In this document: positions 19,223 to 30,499 of the stretch, in pieces
How positions within the stretch are numbered: the first letter of the stretch is position 1
Layout of the letters: each line of letters begins with the position of its first letter
DNA from: Candidatus Hydrogenedens sp.
GTDB taxonomy: Bacteria > Hydrogenedentota > Hydrogenedentia > Hydrogenedentales > Hydrogenedentaceae
DNA: 64,000 bases
Assembly: GCA_035378955.1 (NCBI GenBank)
Contig: DAOSUS010000008.1
Coordinates: 6,668 to 70,667, forward strand
Direction of reading: 5' to 3'
Program-made: the position numbers and the translations under genes
The notes under the pieces: model-generated
Told to the model about the DNA's origin: nothing
Databases searched by the model: none
Seen by the model: the letters and a program-made list of their open reading frames with translations, nothing else

Positions 19223-21760
19223 TTATGGGATATAAGGTTCTATAGATATTTTATCTGAAGCAATTCCTTGAAGTTTCATTGTAAATTCCCAGGCTGCTCC
19301 TTGATTGTATACAGCCATCAACAACACATTATCTTTTTGTAATTTAACAGGGAACTGGTCCTGGTCAGGTGTCATGGTTCTTCCCTCTGCAAATGAGTGA
19401 ACCAGATTTCCATTAAGCCACACTTTAACACCATCATTACTTCCCAATAATATCTTTGCTTCAGCAGGTTCAGGCACTGTAATCTTACATGCTACATAAT
19501 CTACACATTCCACTGCACCACCAGAGAACTCTGCCAAATCTGCATAAATCAAACCATCTCCACGGACTTTTATTGGTAAAATACGCCAATCTTTAACAGA
19601 ACTCATATCCGTTTCCGGTGGGAAAGAAACTTCATCAAATAATCTTCTGGCTCCGTAATCTTCCATGCGGTAAGGACCACTTACACTCCACGAGCCAATA
19701 TATTCTCCTTTATTCTTCAGGCCATTTAACAAATACTCTAACTCTTTTGCTTGATTATCTTTTAGGTTAGGAAGCATTTCTTCCAAAATCGGTATCGTTT
19801 TTGAAGGATAAGAAAAACAGATATTCTTTGCTACACTAAATCTTGCGTTTGCCCAATCTGCTTTTACCGCATTGTTAATATTCCTTCCTTCTATAAAATC
19901 CAATACTTCTAATAAACTCAATTTTGCAAGTCCACCCAAAATATTTTTTTGAAGCGATGGATTGTCACCTGCCATTTTCCAGAGACTTACATAGTAATCA
20001 TATTTTTGTCTATCTGCCATATTTAAGGTCCTCAATATATTTAAGGAACTTAAAATACCGACATTCTTAACCTCTTCATTGGCTTCCTGCGAAATTTCAT
20101 CTACTATCTTTTGCAAAGTATTTGCATCATCACACTGTCCTATGGATTGCAAAATACTTACCTTTAAGTTAGGTTCATTAGACCATAAACTTTCAAGCAT
20201 TGCACATGCTTCCGGGCTTTTAATATTCCCTAATAAAGTTATTAAGGATTTCTTTTGTAAATCATTCTTACATTTTTTCCATTGATCCGTTATAAGCGTT
20301 ACTTTGCGTCCTTCATCTCTTACCCTATCAATAATTAAAGAAATAGCCGGAAGGTAAGCAGAACTATTCTCTGCATCTGCCATAAGTTTATCAAAGAGAA
20401 AAGATAAATCTTCTTCATTTCCTAAAACGGCATAATAATTAATCGCCCCATCCAAAATATCTTTATCATTCTTTGATAGGGCATTCTTAATAATTTCTTT
20501 GGCTTCTATTGACCTGCGTTCTGTTAATAAATCAACGGCTAATTTTTTAACCTCGGCATTTCCTTTCTGAACTTTTTCTATCAAGTACTTGTTGGTATCA
20601 GGATTATCCAATTTAATTAACGCATCTTTGGCTATATCTTTAATTTCACGAGGACCATTTAATACGATATTCACTAATGGCTCTACGGCACGGTTGTCGC
20701 CTATTCGACCTAAACATTGAATTGCAGATATTTTTACTTCTCCATCTGCATTCTCGGCAAGGTCTAAAATCTGAGAAATAGCCCCTGAAATCTTACGAGA
20801 GGCAACAACCTCCAATATTCCTAACTGAAGTCTTGGATTTGCTGTTTTTAATGTATTTACACATTTCTCTAAAAGCAATTCATCAGAAAAAGATTTGTCT
20901 TTTAATAAATCAATAGCCGTCGACGAAAGTATGGCATCTTCACTATCTACACTCTGCCAGACTTCATTAAAGGCTTCCTTACCCTTCAACTGAACCAGTC
21001 CTCTCAGAGCATACCCCCTACTCACAGGAATTACTTTGTCATTATTAAATAATGACGAGTAGATTTCCAAAGCCCTATCTTTTTCAGATAATTCCAATTG
21101 GCTTGCAATCTTTAAAAGAGAAGACTGAACATCCAGATTTTCCAGCATGGACTTATTTTTTGCCCAGTTCCATAATACATTTCCAGATTCTTTTCCACCG
21201 ATAGAACCTAATGCGATTATCACCGAACTTTGTATTTTCGGTGATGGATTATCCAGATATTGTGCTAATGTTTCAACAGATGAGTCATCCTTCCTTCTCC
21301 CCAAAGAATTGATAATAGCGACTTTGTCATCTTTTGATATAGATTCTTGTTTTAATACCTTTATAAGGGATTGTGTCGCTTCCTTACCGGGGATTTGCTC
21401 TAAAATACGACAAGCAATATCAATCGTTTCTTTATCTTTCAATAAAGGTTCTATTCCCGGAACAACGGATGGAGTTGCTATTACAACTAATTGACGAGCA
21501 ATAAATCTCTTGCCATCAATAAAGCATTTGGGCAAAATCGCTACAAGTTGTTTTGATAACTGCTCTTGTTTTGCGGGGTTATTTTGTGTCGTTTTTATTG
21601 CTTCCAGAATAGGCTCTAAGGGTTCCCGATTCATTCCAAACTTATAGGTTTGCAAATAATTCAAGGCATCGTTAATGTTCGGAATTTCCTGAGCAAAGGC
21701 AACCGATACCAAAACTATTAATGTCAGGAATATATTAATCAAAATATAATTATTTTTCAT
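19223..21760 (-). CDS. secreted HEAT/PBS-lyase repeat protein with C-terminal jelly-roll (LamG/DUF1080-like) domain
   Basis: Signal peptide, then multiple HEAT-like repeats (..LG.IG....V..L...L.D......). The C-terminal ~150 aa form a beta-rich domain. Confidence 0.5.
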   Translation of the reverse strand: MKNNYILINIFLTLIVLVSVAFAQEIPNINDALNYLQTYKFGMNREPLEPILEAIKTTQNNPAKQEQLSKQLVAILPKCFIDGKRFIARQLVVIATPSVVPGIEPLLKDKETIDIACRILEQIPGKEATQSLIKVLKQESISKDDKVAIINSLGRRKDDSSVETLAQYLDNPSPKIQSSVIIALGSIGGKESGNVLWNWAKNKSMLENLDVQSSLLKIASQLELSEKDRALEIYSSLFNNDKVIPVSRGYALRGLVQLKGKEAFNEVWQSVDSEDAILSSTAIDLLKDKSFSDELLLEKCVNTLKTANPRLQLGILEVVASRKISGAISQILDLAENADGEVKISAIQCLGRIGDNRAVEPLVNIVLNGPREIKDIAKDALIKLDNPDTNKYLIEKVQKGNAEVKKLAVDLLTERRSIEAKEIIKNALSKNDKDILDGAINYYAVLGNEEDLSFLFDKLMADAENSSAYLPAISLIIDRVRDEGRKVTLITDQWKKCKNDLQKKSLITLLGNIKSPEACAMLESLWSNEPNLKVSILQSIGQCDDANTLQKIVDEISQEANEEVKNVGILSSLNILRTLNMADRQKYDYYVSLWKMAGDNPSLQKNILGGLAKLSLLEVLDFIEGRNINNAVKADWANARFSVAKNICFSYPSKTIPILEEMLPNLKDNQAKELEYLLNGLKNKGEYIGSWSVSGPYRMEDYGARRLFDEVSFPPETDMSSVKDWRILPIKVRGDGLIYADLAEFSGGAVECVDYVACKITVPEPAEAKILLGSNDGVKVWLNGNLVHSFAEGRTMTPDQDQFPVKLQKDNVLLMAVYNQGAAWEFTMKLQGIASDKISIEPYIP

Positions 21761-21779
21761 TTTTTATCTCCTTTTTTGT

Positions 21780-23108
21780 TTAACCTAAAGTCCAGGGTGC
21801 TCTCATAGAAGGTTGCATCATACGGTTGGCTTCATCATCATGGATAAACATTTCCTTTTCAGGGTCCCAATTCAATTTGCGTCCAAGTCTCATCGCAATA
21901 TTTGCCATATGACACATGGTCGCTGTGTGATAACCCACTTCAACAGGAGCCGTGGGGTCTTTACGGGACTTAACACATTCGATGAAATTCTTATGATGTC
22001 CCTTGCTTCTGCCCAAATGAATTTCATTAGGTCCTATGGTCTCTTGCAGTAAAGAAGGAGGATTGGCTCGCAGGTCACCTCTATGAATATAAATAAAAAT
22101 CCATCCTTTATCACCCTCAAACTTAATTCCGCGAGGACCAACACTCTTCCCTAACAATTCAACACCGTTAGCATACTCAAATCGGAATTCATAACTCATT
22201 GCCGTGTTAAACAGTCCTTCTTTGGGGAAGAAACCTTTTCCTTCCACAGAGATGGGGAAGGTATCATCGGTTCCATTACCTAACTGACCTAAATCAATAA
22301 TATGCGCACCTCGGTCTGTCATTTCCCCGCCACTATAGTCCAAAATATAGCGGAACCAGAAATGACACCTCTTTTCTGTATAAGGCTCTTTTGGAGCAGG
22401 ACCTAACCAGAAATCATAATCAAAACCGGGAGGAATCGGCATTTCAGGTTGGGGAGGAATAGGAGTATGATTATCCACAGGCATGTTTACCCGTATAGTA
22501 TGCAATTTTCCTATCCTTCCATTCCTTACCAATTCACATGCATACCTTGCATTATCGCGAGAACGCTCATGACTACCTGTTTGAAACACTCTGCGATATT
22601 TACGGACTGCTTCCACTACTGCTTTCCCTTCTGGAATGGAATTGGCCAACGGTTTTTCGCAATAAATATCCTTCCCCGCTTTTGCCGCAGCGATAGAAAT
22701 AATAGGATGCCAATGGTCAGGTGTTGCAATCATTACCGCATCAACATCTTTACGAGCAATTACATCCCGAAAGTCATGATATACATCACAGCCTTTATAA
22801 TCCGGTATATTTTTATTTTGGGCGTAGAAATCATTCACTATCTTTTGGGCTTCCTGCGCATGATTATCATCCACATCACAAACAGCAACCACTTGGACTT
22901 CAGGTAGACTTAAAAAAGCCTTCATATCATACTTACCCTGACCTCCAACGCCAATACAGGCAACGGTAATTCGTTCATTAGGCAAAGCAGAAGGTTCGGC
23001 TCCCCAAACATAGGAAGGAATAATTGCAGGTGCAACCGTTATTCCTGCTGTTCCCATAAGAACATTTTTTATAAATGTTCTTCTTGAGTAATGATTTGAT
23101 TTATTCAT
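21780..23108 (-). CDS. Gfo/Idh/MocA family oxidoreductase with twin-arginine (Tat) signal
   Basis: N-terminus SRRTFIKNVLMGTAGITVAPA is a Tat signal. It is followed by a Rossmann GxGxxG (IGVGGQG) motif and a Gfo/Idh/MocA C-terminal domain. Confidence 0.75.
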   Translation of the reverse strand: MNKSNHYSRRTFIKNVLMGTAGITVAPAIIPSYVWGAEPSALPNERITVACIGVGGQGKYDMKAFLSLPEVQVVAVCDVDDNHAQEAQKIVNDFYAQNKNIPDYKGCDVYHDFRDVIARKDVDAVMIATPDHWHPIISIAAAKAGKDIYCEKPLANSIPEGKAVVEAVRKYRRVFQTGSHERSRDNARYACELVRNGRIGKLHTIRVNMPVDNHTPIPPQPEMPIPPGFDYDFWLGPAPKEPYTEKRCHFWFRYILDYSGGEMTDRGAHIIDLGQLGNGTDDTFPISVEGKGFFPKEGLFNTAMSYEFRFEYANGVELLGKSVGPRGIKFEGDKGWIFIYIHRGDLRANPPSLLQETIGPNEIHLGRSKGHHKNFIECVKSRKDPTAPVEVGYHTATMCHMANIAMRLGRKLNWDPEKEMFIHDDEANRMMQPSMRAPWTLG

Positions 23109-23279
23109 AGGGCAAACTCCAGTTAGATGTTAAATAACCAATATCCTACTTTTATTATTCAACCAAAAATATATAGCAATTCTAATGCAAACAGAGGTAT
23201 TAATTAAAGTGAGAAACGAACCAAAACAAATCATAAAAAGGAAGGGGGCAACTTGACAAAGAATTTCACATTTTAGGGA

Positions 23280-24827
23280 CTATTTTAATTCTAAGAGGGA
23301 CTGTGCCGTAGCGGTCTTTATTTGATACCATGCTCGGAACAAAGCGACCCGTGCGGAAGCAAGTCTTCCCTCTGCTTCAATCAAATCTTTTTGAGCCTGA
23401 TTTAATCGAACCAATGAAGTTTGCCCTGCTTTGTATTCCTGTTCCACCAAATCCCTATTTTTCCTAACATATTGTGCATTTTCTCGTTGTAATTTTAGTT
23501 GTTCCTGTGCCGATTTTAGTTCTTGCAGAGTGCTTTGGACATCTGTTATAACATCAATTCTACCTGCATAATAATTTTGCTCTGCTTCACGAAGTTTTGC
23601 CCTTGCTTCTGCCCGCAATGCACGGTATTTACCACCCGAAAAGAGATTATACGAAACATCCACACTTACCGTTGTAGCAAAATCATCGGAACCAAATTCG
23701 CTATCTACCGTCCTCGTTGCTGAACGGGATAAGGATACATTCATTTGGGGATATAGTGTAGAACGACTTTGTCCAACCTGTGCTTCGGATTGCTGAATAA
23801 TCAAGGTTAACATCTTTAAATCAGGTCTGTTTTGTAAAGCAACTGATAACAATTCATCAACATTCGGATTTTTCAAATCTTCATCGGTCTCATCTTTCAG
23901 AGGTGTTAATTTTACATAGTCTGGAAGGATACCTGCATTCAAACCCATTACACCAGCTAATGATATACGAGCAATTTCTCGATTCTGTCGAGCATTGATA
24001 ATCTGTGCTTCTGCCGACCTCAATAGAACTTCAAAATTCAGGACATCACTTAAAGAACCGGCTCCTAATTCTTGTTTTACCTTTGCCTCATAAAGGAGTC
24101 TTTCATTAAAGGCTTTGTCCGCTTCGGCTATTCGAATATTTTCTTCTGCTAATTGCACAGCATAAAAACTATTTGCTACCGCTGATAACAACATGCGTAC
24201 GGCTTCCTGCTGGGATTCTTGCGTTGCTTTTTCACCTAATTTTGCAAGTGCAACAGAATATTTACGAGCAAAACCATCAAATAAGGTGTATCGAATAATA
24301 AAATTTATCGCATAATTATTCTGTGATTCGGGAATACTATTACTTGCTTGATATGCAGAAATCCATGAATTTAAAACAGTTTCCCAGGGGATTGAGGATA
24401 AAATATCCGTGCTAGTCCCTCCCGTTCCTCTAAACATAGATTGAGAAATAGCATTGGAACTCTGTTGCCAAACAGCGTTCTGTGAACGCCGTATAGCCGT
24501 ATCTGATAAGTCTGTGTGTGAAGCCGTATAATTGGCAATGATTTGGGGATAGTATTGGGCTAATGCCTGTTTAACTTTCTGCCTTGCTTGTTCTATTCGT
24601 TCGGACACTGCTTTTAGTGAAGGATTTTGCTCTAATGCTATTTTTTGTGCTGTTTGTAAGTCTAAATATTCAGGGAGTTGCTGACTGACTTGAGTTGTAT
24701 CTTCAGATTTTAATGGGAAAGTATCTGCACCTGTATCTCGAGAATAGGCTACAAAACACATAAAAATACATATACCTGTAATACATACACTTAAATATTT
24801 TTTAATACCGAAACTTGCGAATGCCAT
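23280..24827 (-). CDS. TolC-family outer-membrane efflux channel
   Basis: Signal peptide, two repeated coiled-coil/beta-barrel halves, and the characteristic length and repeats of the OEP family. Confidence 0.7.
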   Translation of the reverse strand: MAFASFGIKKYLSVCITGICIFMCFVAYSRDTGADTFPLKSEDTTQVSQQLPEYLDLQTAQKIALEQNPSLKAVSERIEQARQKVKQALAQYYPQIIANYTASHTDLSDTAIRRSQNAVWQQSSNAISQSMFRGTGGTSTDILSSIPWETVLNSWISAYQASNSIPESQNNYAINFIIRYTLFDGFARKYSVALAKLGEKATQESQQEAVRMLLSAVANSFYAVQLAEENIRIAEADKAFNERLLYEAKVKQELGAGSLSDVLNFEVLLRSAEAQIINARQNREIARISLAGVMGLNAGILPDYVKLTPLKDETDEDLKNPNVDELLSVALQNRPDLKMLTLIIQQSEAQVGQSRSTLYPQMNVSLSRSATRTVDSEFGSDDFATTVSVDVSYNLFSGGKYRALRAEARAKLREAEQNYYAGRIDVITDVQSTLQELKSAQEQLKLQRENAQYVRKNRDLVEQEYKAGQTSLVRLNQAQKDLIEAEGRLASARVALFRAWYQIKTATAQSLLELK

Positions 24828-25401
24828 ATTTTTTCATTAACTCCTCTGTTTGTTGTAATTTTTCAGGAGAAACATTTTCAATACGATGACCCACTTTTCG
24901 TGCGGGGACTCCTGCCCATACCTCCAAAGGTCCTACCTTTGTATCCTCTGTAAGGACACTTCCTACACCAATAATAGCGCCATCTCCAATTTCTACACCC
25001 GGATGTATATAACAACGACTACCCACAAGGACATTATCTCCAATAATTATCGGCTTAGCGATATGTGGTGTTAAGGCAAAATGTTCTTTTGTTCCCCAAA
25101 AAACATGGTGAGTATCTCTTATAACTGTAAATTCAGCAATAGCCGTATTACTTCCAATTTGTATTAATGCAGTAGATTCTAAAATTGTATAGTAACTTAA
25201 TACGGAGTGAGTACCCATTATTATTTTTCCATCTCTATGGGTACGAAGTATCACATAATCTCGAAAACGACAATAATCCCCACATTCTACATGTCCCTCT
25301 ATAGTAAAGTGTTTCCCCTGAATACGACATCTCTTCCCTTTTTTGGCAAATTTTAAGCCATGATAGAAACTTCGCCAGCGAACTAAAAAAGGTTCAAACA
25401 T
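24802..25401 (-). CDS. hexapeptide-repeat (LbH) acyl/acetyltransferase
   Basis: Imperfect [LIV]-G-x-x-x-x hexapeptide repeats (IGDNVLVGSRCYIHPGVEIGDGAIIGVGSV). The gene sits inside the RND operon and overlaps the tolC-like start by 26 nt. Confidence 0.65.
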   Translation of the reverse strand: MFEPFLVRWRSFYHGLKFAKKGKRCRIQGKHFTIEGHVECGDYCRFRDYVILRTHRDGKIIMGTHSVLSYYTILESTALIQIGSNTAIAEFTVIRDTHHVFWGTKEHFALTPHIAKPIIIGDNVLVGSRCYIHPGVEIGDGAIIGVGSVLTEDTKVGPLEVWAGVPARKVGHRIENVSPEKLQQTEELMKKYGIRKFRY

Positions 25402-25425
25402 GTTTTATTATTCCTTCATCCATTC

Positions 25426-28400
25426 TTATAGTGAACTATTTTCTAATTGCCGTTTTTGTTCTAACATTGAAAATACGGGTTCCACTTCTTCAGGTTTGGG
25501 AATTTTTCGAGTTTTAATTATATAAAATAATCTTCGAATATCATTTAGTACACCAATAATAGTAGGTATAAATAAAAGCGTTACTGTAGTGGAAAATACT
25601 AAACCAATTGCTAAAGAAACGGCCATCGGCTTTATGAATTGTGCCTGCATATCACGCGTAAAGAGCAATCCAACAAGTCCTCCGAATGTAGTACTTGAAG
25701 TTAAGAAAATAGCCCGAAATCTTCTCTTCCCAGCTTGAAGGATTGATGAAATAAAACTATTTCCTTCGCTAAGGTTTGCATTAAAACAATCTACAAAAAC
25801 AATGGCATCGTTAACAACCACCCCGGAAAGAGCAACAATCCCGAATAAGCTCATGAGTGTTACAATTTGTCCGAATAATAAGTGTCCAATTAGTGCTCCC
25901 ACAATTCCAAATGGAATTGTAAGCATAATCAGTATTGGCTGAGTATAGGAATGGAATATGGATGAAATAATCAGAAAAATCAGCAATAAAGCAATCGGAA
26001 ACCCTACTTTTAATGAAGCCAGAGCATCTCTACTGCTTTGTTGGGGTCCTTCAAATGACCATATTAATCCCGGATATTTCTTTTGAAGAGATGGGAGAAA
26101 AGTATTTGTTAAATCATTAATAATTTCTGTTGAATTAGTCTTTGTTGAGTCTATATCTGCTGTAACAACCACTCTTCGCATCCCATCAACGCGTGTTATT
26201 GAAGAAAATCCAGGAGTAAAATCTACATCGGCAACAGCAAATAGAGGAACTTCATATCCTTGATTGGTCCTTATACGGACTTGATTTAATATAGAAAGGT
26301 AACTACGGTCTTCACGAGGATAGCGAACCCGTATGCGGATATCATCCCTACCCCTTTGTATTCGGACAGCCTCTTCCCCAAAGAAACCACCGGCTAATTG
26401 TCTGCCTAAGGAATCCAGGGTTATTCCCAATGTTTGTGCTTCAGGTTTCAAATAAAATCTCGCTTCAATTTTTGCAGGACGGTAATCATCTTCAATCTGA
26501 TATACCCCTTCATAAGTCTTAAGTTTTTCTTTTATCTCTTGACTGGCATGAATTATATCTTGAAGATTTTCACTTCTTAACCATAATTCTATCCCCGTTC
26601 CCCGTGGACCTCCACCACTTACATCATATTTCTGTTTTAATGTCCCCGGAATTATCCCCGTCTCTTTCGCCCACATAGAACTTATTTTCTTCGCATGAAT
26701 CCCCCTTCGTTCTGTAGGTAATAACTCTACTCGAATTTCACCCACATTACTTCCACCCTGAGCAGAAAAGCCACTGCTACTCTGCCCTACGACACTATAG
26801 ATATTCTGAATTAATGGTTCACCGCTTATTGTAGTTGTCTTTTCTGCTAACCTTTTAAGAGCCTCCTCCATCCTCTTTACCGCATCTTTGGTAACATGAA
26901 AAGGTGTCCCCGCTGGGAACTCAACTTGTGCCATTAAAGAATCTCCATCAGCGTCAGAAAAGACTTCAAATTTAATAATCTGTCCTCGGACAAGTCCCAG
27001 TACCGTTAATAATATGGCTATAAAAGCAGTTAATGAAATATAACGATGTTTTAACATAGTATTTAAAATCGGGAGATATATTTTATCAATAAAAGCATCA
27101 AGAGAATCGCTAAAGAACCATCTTAGTTTTCTCAAAGGATGTTTCCGATTATCGGAATTTGAAATAGTATGAGATAAATCAGGGAGGTCATTGAGATGAG
27201 CAGGAAGTAAGAAAAGAGCTTCAGATAATGATATACTTAATGCCGAAATAACAACTATTGGTAAAATGCGGATAAACTTGCCCATAATTCCACTCACAAA
27301 CATCAATGGTAAAAATGCCGCTATTGTTGTGGTTACAGCCCCTATGACAGGCAATCCCACTTCTTCCACACCTGTTAACGCTGCCTTCATAGGTGGTAGT
27401 CCTCGCTGACGATGGTAATATATCGCTTCACCAATTACTATCCCATCATCAACCAACATACCTAACACCATGATTAACCCAAATAATGACATCATGTTTA
27501 TGGTACTTCCAAGATAATACATAATGCTAATAGCCCCTGCAAAGGAAATAGGAATGCCTAAAGTAACAAAAAAGGATAAACGAGCATTCATTAATAACAG
27601 CAACATTAAAATTACAATAATTAACCCTTGAATTCCATTTTCTTCAAGTAACTTCAATCGGGCTCGAATTAACCGGGCTCCATCGTTCCATAAAGAAATT
27701 TTTACGCCGGGAGGCAACTGTTTTTGTTTCGCCTCTACATATTTATGAACTGCATCGGATATGGCTATATCATCTTCTTCTTGTGTTTTGAAACACGAAA
27801 TTAAAACGGACTTCTCCCCATTAAAATCTGCCTCTAAGGGGTCTTCGTTAAAATCATCTCGTATTTCCGCTACCTGGTCCAGTGTAATAACTTCACCCGT
27901 AGGTTTGGCAAGCACAACTATCTTAGCCAGTTCATCCGCATAATATTTTCTTCCTATTGTTCGAACTCGTATTTCCGCTCCTTTCGAACGAATAAGTCCC
28001 CCGGAAATATTTAAGTTTCCAGAACGAATTGCTGATGCTACCTGTGAAAATGTTAGTCCTAATTTTTGAAGTTTTTCTTCCGAAATCTCAATTCCTATTT
28101 CGTACTGTTTCGCTCCAAAAATAAAAACTTGTGAAAGTTCCGGTAGGGCTTGTAATTCATCTTTTATTTGTTCCGCCCACTCTTTTAAGATTTTATCCGG
28201 CAAATTCCCTGATAAGGCAACTTGAATAACCTCACGGCGGATAGTTACTTCATTAGTTATAGGTTTCTCGGCATCTTTTGGAAATGTAGAAATAGAATCA
28301 ATAGCATTGCGAACCTTATCATAAACCTTGCTTAAATCATAACTATCCATCACCTCAATATTTGCCATTCCCATATTTTCTGAAGCAACCGTTGTATATC

Positions 28401-28638
28401 GTTTGATTCCTTCCACAGTGTCTAAAGATTCTTCAATCTTTCGACAAATTCCTTCTTCGACTTCTTCGGGGTCTGCACCAGGATAAAGCACCTGCACGGT
28501 TATCATATCCAACGAGAACTCCGGGAATAACTCTCTTCGGATTAATAACAAAGAAATTAGTCCCGCAATAAGAATAACAGCAGTTAGTATATTTGCAAAA
28601 ACACGGTTTCCGACAAAATACCCTAAAAACTGATTCAT
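25426..28638 (-). CDS. RND superfamily efflux permease (AcrB/CzcA-like)
   Basis: 1070 aa with 12 TM helices, two large periplasmic loops and conserved RND motifs. Confidence 0.85.
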   Translation of the reverse strand: MNQFLGYFVGNRVFANILTAVILIAGLISLLLIRRELFPEFSLDMITVQVLYPGADPEEVEEGICRKIEESLDTVEGIKRYTTVASENMGMANIEVMDSYDLSKVYDKVRNAIDSISTFPKDAEKPITNEVTIRREVIQVALSGNLPDKILKEWAEQIKDELQALPELSQVFIFGAKQYEIGIEISEEKLQKLGLTFSQVASAIRSGNLNISGGLIRSKGAEIRVRTIGRKYYADELAKIVVLAKPTGEVITLDQVAEIRDDFNEDPLEADFNGEKSVLISCFKTQEEDDIAISDAVHKYVEAKQKQLPPGVKISLWNDGARLIRARLKLLEENGIQGLIIVILMLLLLMNARLSFFVTLGIPISFAGAISIMYYLGSTINMMSLFGLIMVLGMLVDDGIVIGEAIYYHRQRGLPPMKAALTGVEEVGLPVIGAVTTTIAAFLPLMFVSGIMGKFIRILPIVVISALSISLSEALFLLPAHLNDLPDLSHTISNSDNRKHPLRKLRWFFSDSLDAFIDKIYLPILNTMLKHRYISLTAFIAILLTVLGLVRGQIIKFEVFSDADGDSLMAQVEFPAGTPFHVTKDAVKRMEEALKRLAEKTTTISGEPLIQNIYSVVGQSSSGFSAQGGSNVGEIRVELLPTERRGIHAKKISSMWAKETGIIPGTLKQKYDVSGGGPRGTGIELWLRSENLQDIIHASQEIKEKLKTYEGVYQIEDDYRPAKIEARFYLKPEAQTLGITLDSLGRQLAGGFFGEEAVRIQRGRDDIRIRVRYPREDRSYLSILNQVRIRTNQGYEVPLFAVADVDFTPGFSSITRVDGMRRVVVTADIDSTKTNSTEIINDLTNTFLPSLQKKYPGLIWSFEGPQQSSRDALASLKVGFPIALLLIFLIISSIFHSYTQPILIMLTIPFGIVGALIGHLLFGQIVTLMSLFGIVALSGVVVNDAIVFVDCFNANLSEGNSFISSILQAGKRRFRAIFLTSSTTFGGLVGLLFTRDMQAQFIKPMAVSLAIGLVFSTTVTLLFIPTIIGVLNDIRRLFYIIKTRKIPKPEEVEPVFSMLEQKRQLENSSL

Positions 28639-29984
28639 GAAACGGCTTCCTTATCTCCCAATTTTTGAACTTCCAGTAATGAATTTTCTATCGGATTAAT
28701 TAAACGGGTTGTAATAACTACAGTCCCTGCTTTAAGACCACTCACTATCACTTCATCGCCTTGAATATATAACCTCTCTACTTGAACTGATTTCAATCGG
28801 TTATTTTCTGCCGTATAAACTATCCCTTCAAAACTTACAGCCGTATCCGGCAACCGATATACTCCCGACAATACTTTTCCCGGAATTTTTACCTGACAAA
28901 ACATACCCTGAACCAATGGGATTTTATCATCCGTTATTGAAAAAATATTTTCCTTCTCAATACGAATAACTGTATAAACTGTCCTCGTTTTCTCATCATA
29001 CCTTTCGATACGGTTTAATAATCCTTTCCATTTATGATTTTCCTTGTCTTCTGTCCACAAAATCTCGCATTCTTTAGGCTCTAATGGTGGAAACCATGCA
29101 GAATCAATATTTATATTATCTTTCTGAAACGGAAGCCATTGGGTCGCTTGTTTTGCATCTAAGGGAACGGATATTTCCAGAATGGAATCATCTGAAAGAG
29201 TCATTACAACAGCACCAGGGTTCACATACTGCCCTGCCTCAAGATTAACTGTTTTAATCCGTGCATTAAAGGGAACTTTCACCTGGGTCCGTGATAAATT
29301 AATCTCAGCCTGAGATAATTGGGCTTCTGCGCTTTTTACTGCTTCCTCGGATTCTCTAACTTTTAAAGGATATAACTCAACGGATTGAACCAATAGGTTA
29401 TAAGCATCCAATGCCTGATTATAAGCCCTCTCTGTTTGTTCAACATTGGATTGTGTCCCTACTTTTTCTCTTTCAAATAACTGCTTTACACGCTGAAACT
29501 CTGAATAAGCCAGGTCTTTTGTGCGTTCTAATGTTTTTAGTCGTTCCTTATCAGAGGCAAACTGTTCCTGTATTCTTTTCAATGTTTGTCTCGATTGCTC
29601 TAAACCTGCTTGTGCAGACTTTAATCGCACCTGATAGTCACTGGGGTCTATTTCAAATAAAACTTCTCCCGCCGGAATAACTTCACCGGCTTCAAGTCTT
29701 GGATGTATGCGAATAACGCGTCCTGATACTTCCGGGGATATAGGAACAGTCGCTAAGGTCCGAACTTCTCCAAAACCGTTCAATATAATCGGGACATCTT
29801 CGGGCTGAGCCTGAATTACATTAACAGGAATGGGAATTTCTTCCTGTTCCGCTTGTGCAGGCGGCTTGCGAAGGGAGGAAAAGAAAACGAATGAAATAAT
29901 CCCTAATAACAAAATTAAAATAGCGATAAAAAATGAGAATAACTTTGCTATTGTTAAATATCTTTTTACTTCATCATTACTCAT
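28635..29984 (-). CDS. RND efflux membrane fusion protein (HlyD/AcrA family)
   Basis: N-terminal TM, coiled-coil hairpin, lipoyl and beta-barrel segments. It overlaps the RND gene by 4 nt (ATGA). Confidence 0.75.
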   Translation of the reverse strand: MSNDEVKRYLTIAKLFSFFIAILILLLGIISFVFFSSLRKPPAQAEQEEIPIPVNVIQAQPEDVPIILNGFGEVRTLATVPISPEVSGRVIRIHPRLEAGEVIPAGEVLFEIDPSDYQVRLKSAQAGLEQSRQTLKRIQEQFASDKERLKTLERTKDLAYSEFQRVKQLFEREKVGTQSNVEQTERAYNQALDAYNLLVQSVELYPLKVRESEEAVKSAEAQLSQAEINLSRTQVKVPFNARIKTVNLEAGQYVNPGAVVMTLSDDSILEISVPLDAKQATQWLPFQKDNINIDSAWFPPLEPKECEILWTEDKENHKWKGLLNRIERYDEKTRTVYTVIRIEKENIFSITDDKIPLVQGMFCQVKIPGKVLSGVYRLPDTAVSFEGIVYTAENNRLKSVQVERLYIQGDEVIVSGLKAGTVVITTRLINPIENSLLEVQKLGDKEAVS

Positions 29985-29998
29985 AAAATTTCCTCTCT

Positions 29999-30472
29999 TT
30001 ATTTATTGGTATTCTGAACGGTTATTAAATATTCTCTTATCTTTTTATAAACATCAACCCATTGAGATGCCGTTTCATCGCCTAAACCCTTTAACAATTC
30101 ACTTATCCCCGTTAAAATCTGATTTTCATGCCATTTTAGAGTTTCACTGGCTTCCGGTGTTAAGCGTATCTGTATCTCACGACGGTCCTCCGACGACTGT
30201 TCGCGAACTACTAAACCTAATTCTACCAATCGGTCTAACATCAAACTTGCTGCAGAAGGTGATACATATAAATATTCTGCTAACTCTTTTAATTTTAATG
30301 GCTCACAGTCCTTTATTGTAATCAACATCTGGAACTGCGGCATTGTCAGGTCATGCCCTAACTTTATTTTTTCTTTATCGGCAGAACAACAATGGAACCT
30401 GTTATGCATCCACCGTTGTATCATCTGAATTGTTTTGAATATTTCGTAGACTAACTCATCATAGCGTTCCAT
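29999..30472 (-). CDS. MarR family transcriptional regulator
   Basis: Winged-HTH MarR pattern (LTMPQFQMLITI...LAEYLYVSPSAASLMLDRLVELGLV). Confidence 0.75.
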   Translation of the reverse strand: MERYDELVYEIFKTIQMIQRWMHNRFHCCSADKEKIKLGHDLTMPQFQMLITIKDCEPLKLKELAEYLYVSPSAASLMLDRLVELGLVVREQSSEDRREIQIRLTPEASETLKWHENQILTGISELLKGLGDETASQWVDVYKKIREYLITVQNTNK

Positions 30473-30499
30473 TATTTATCTCCAAAATCTGCGAAAATC

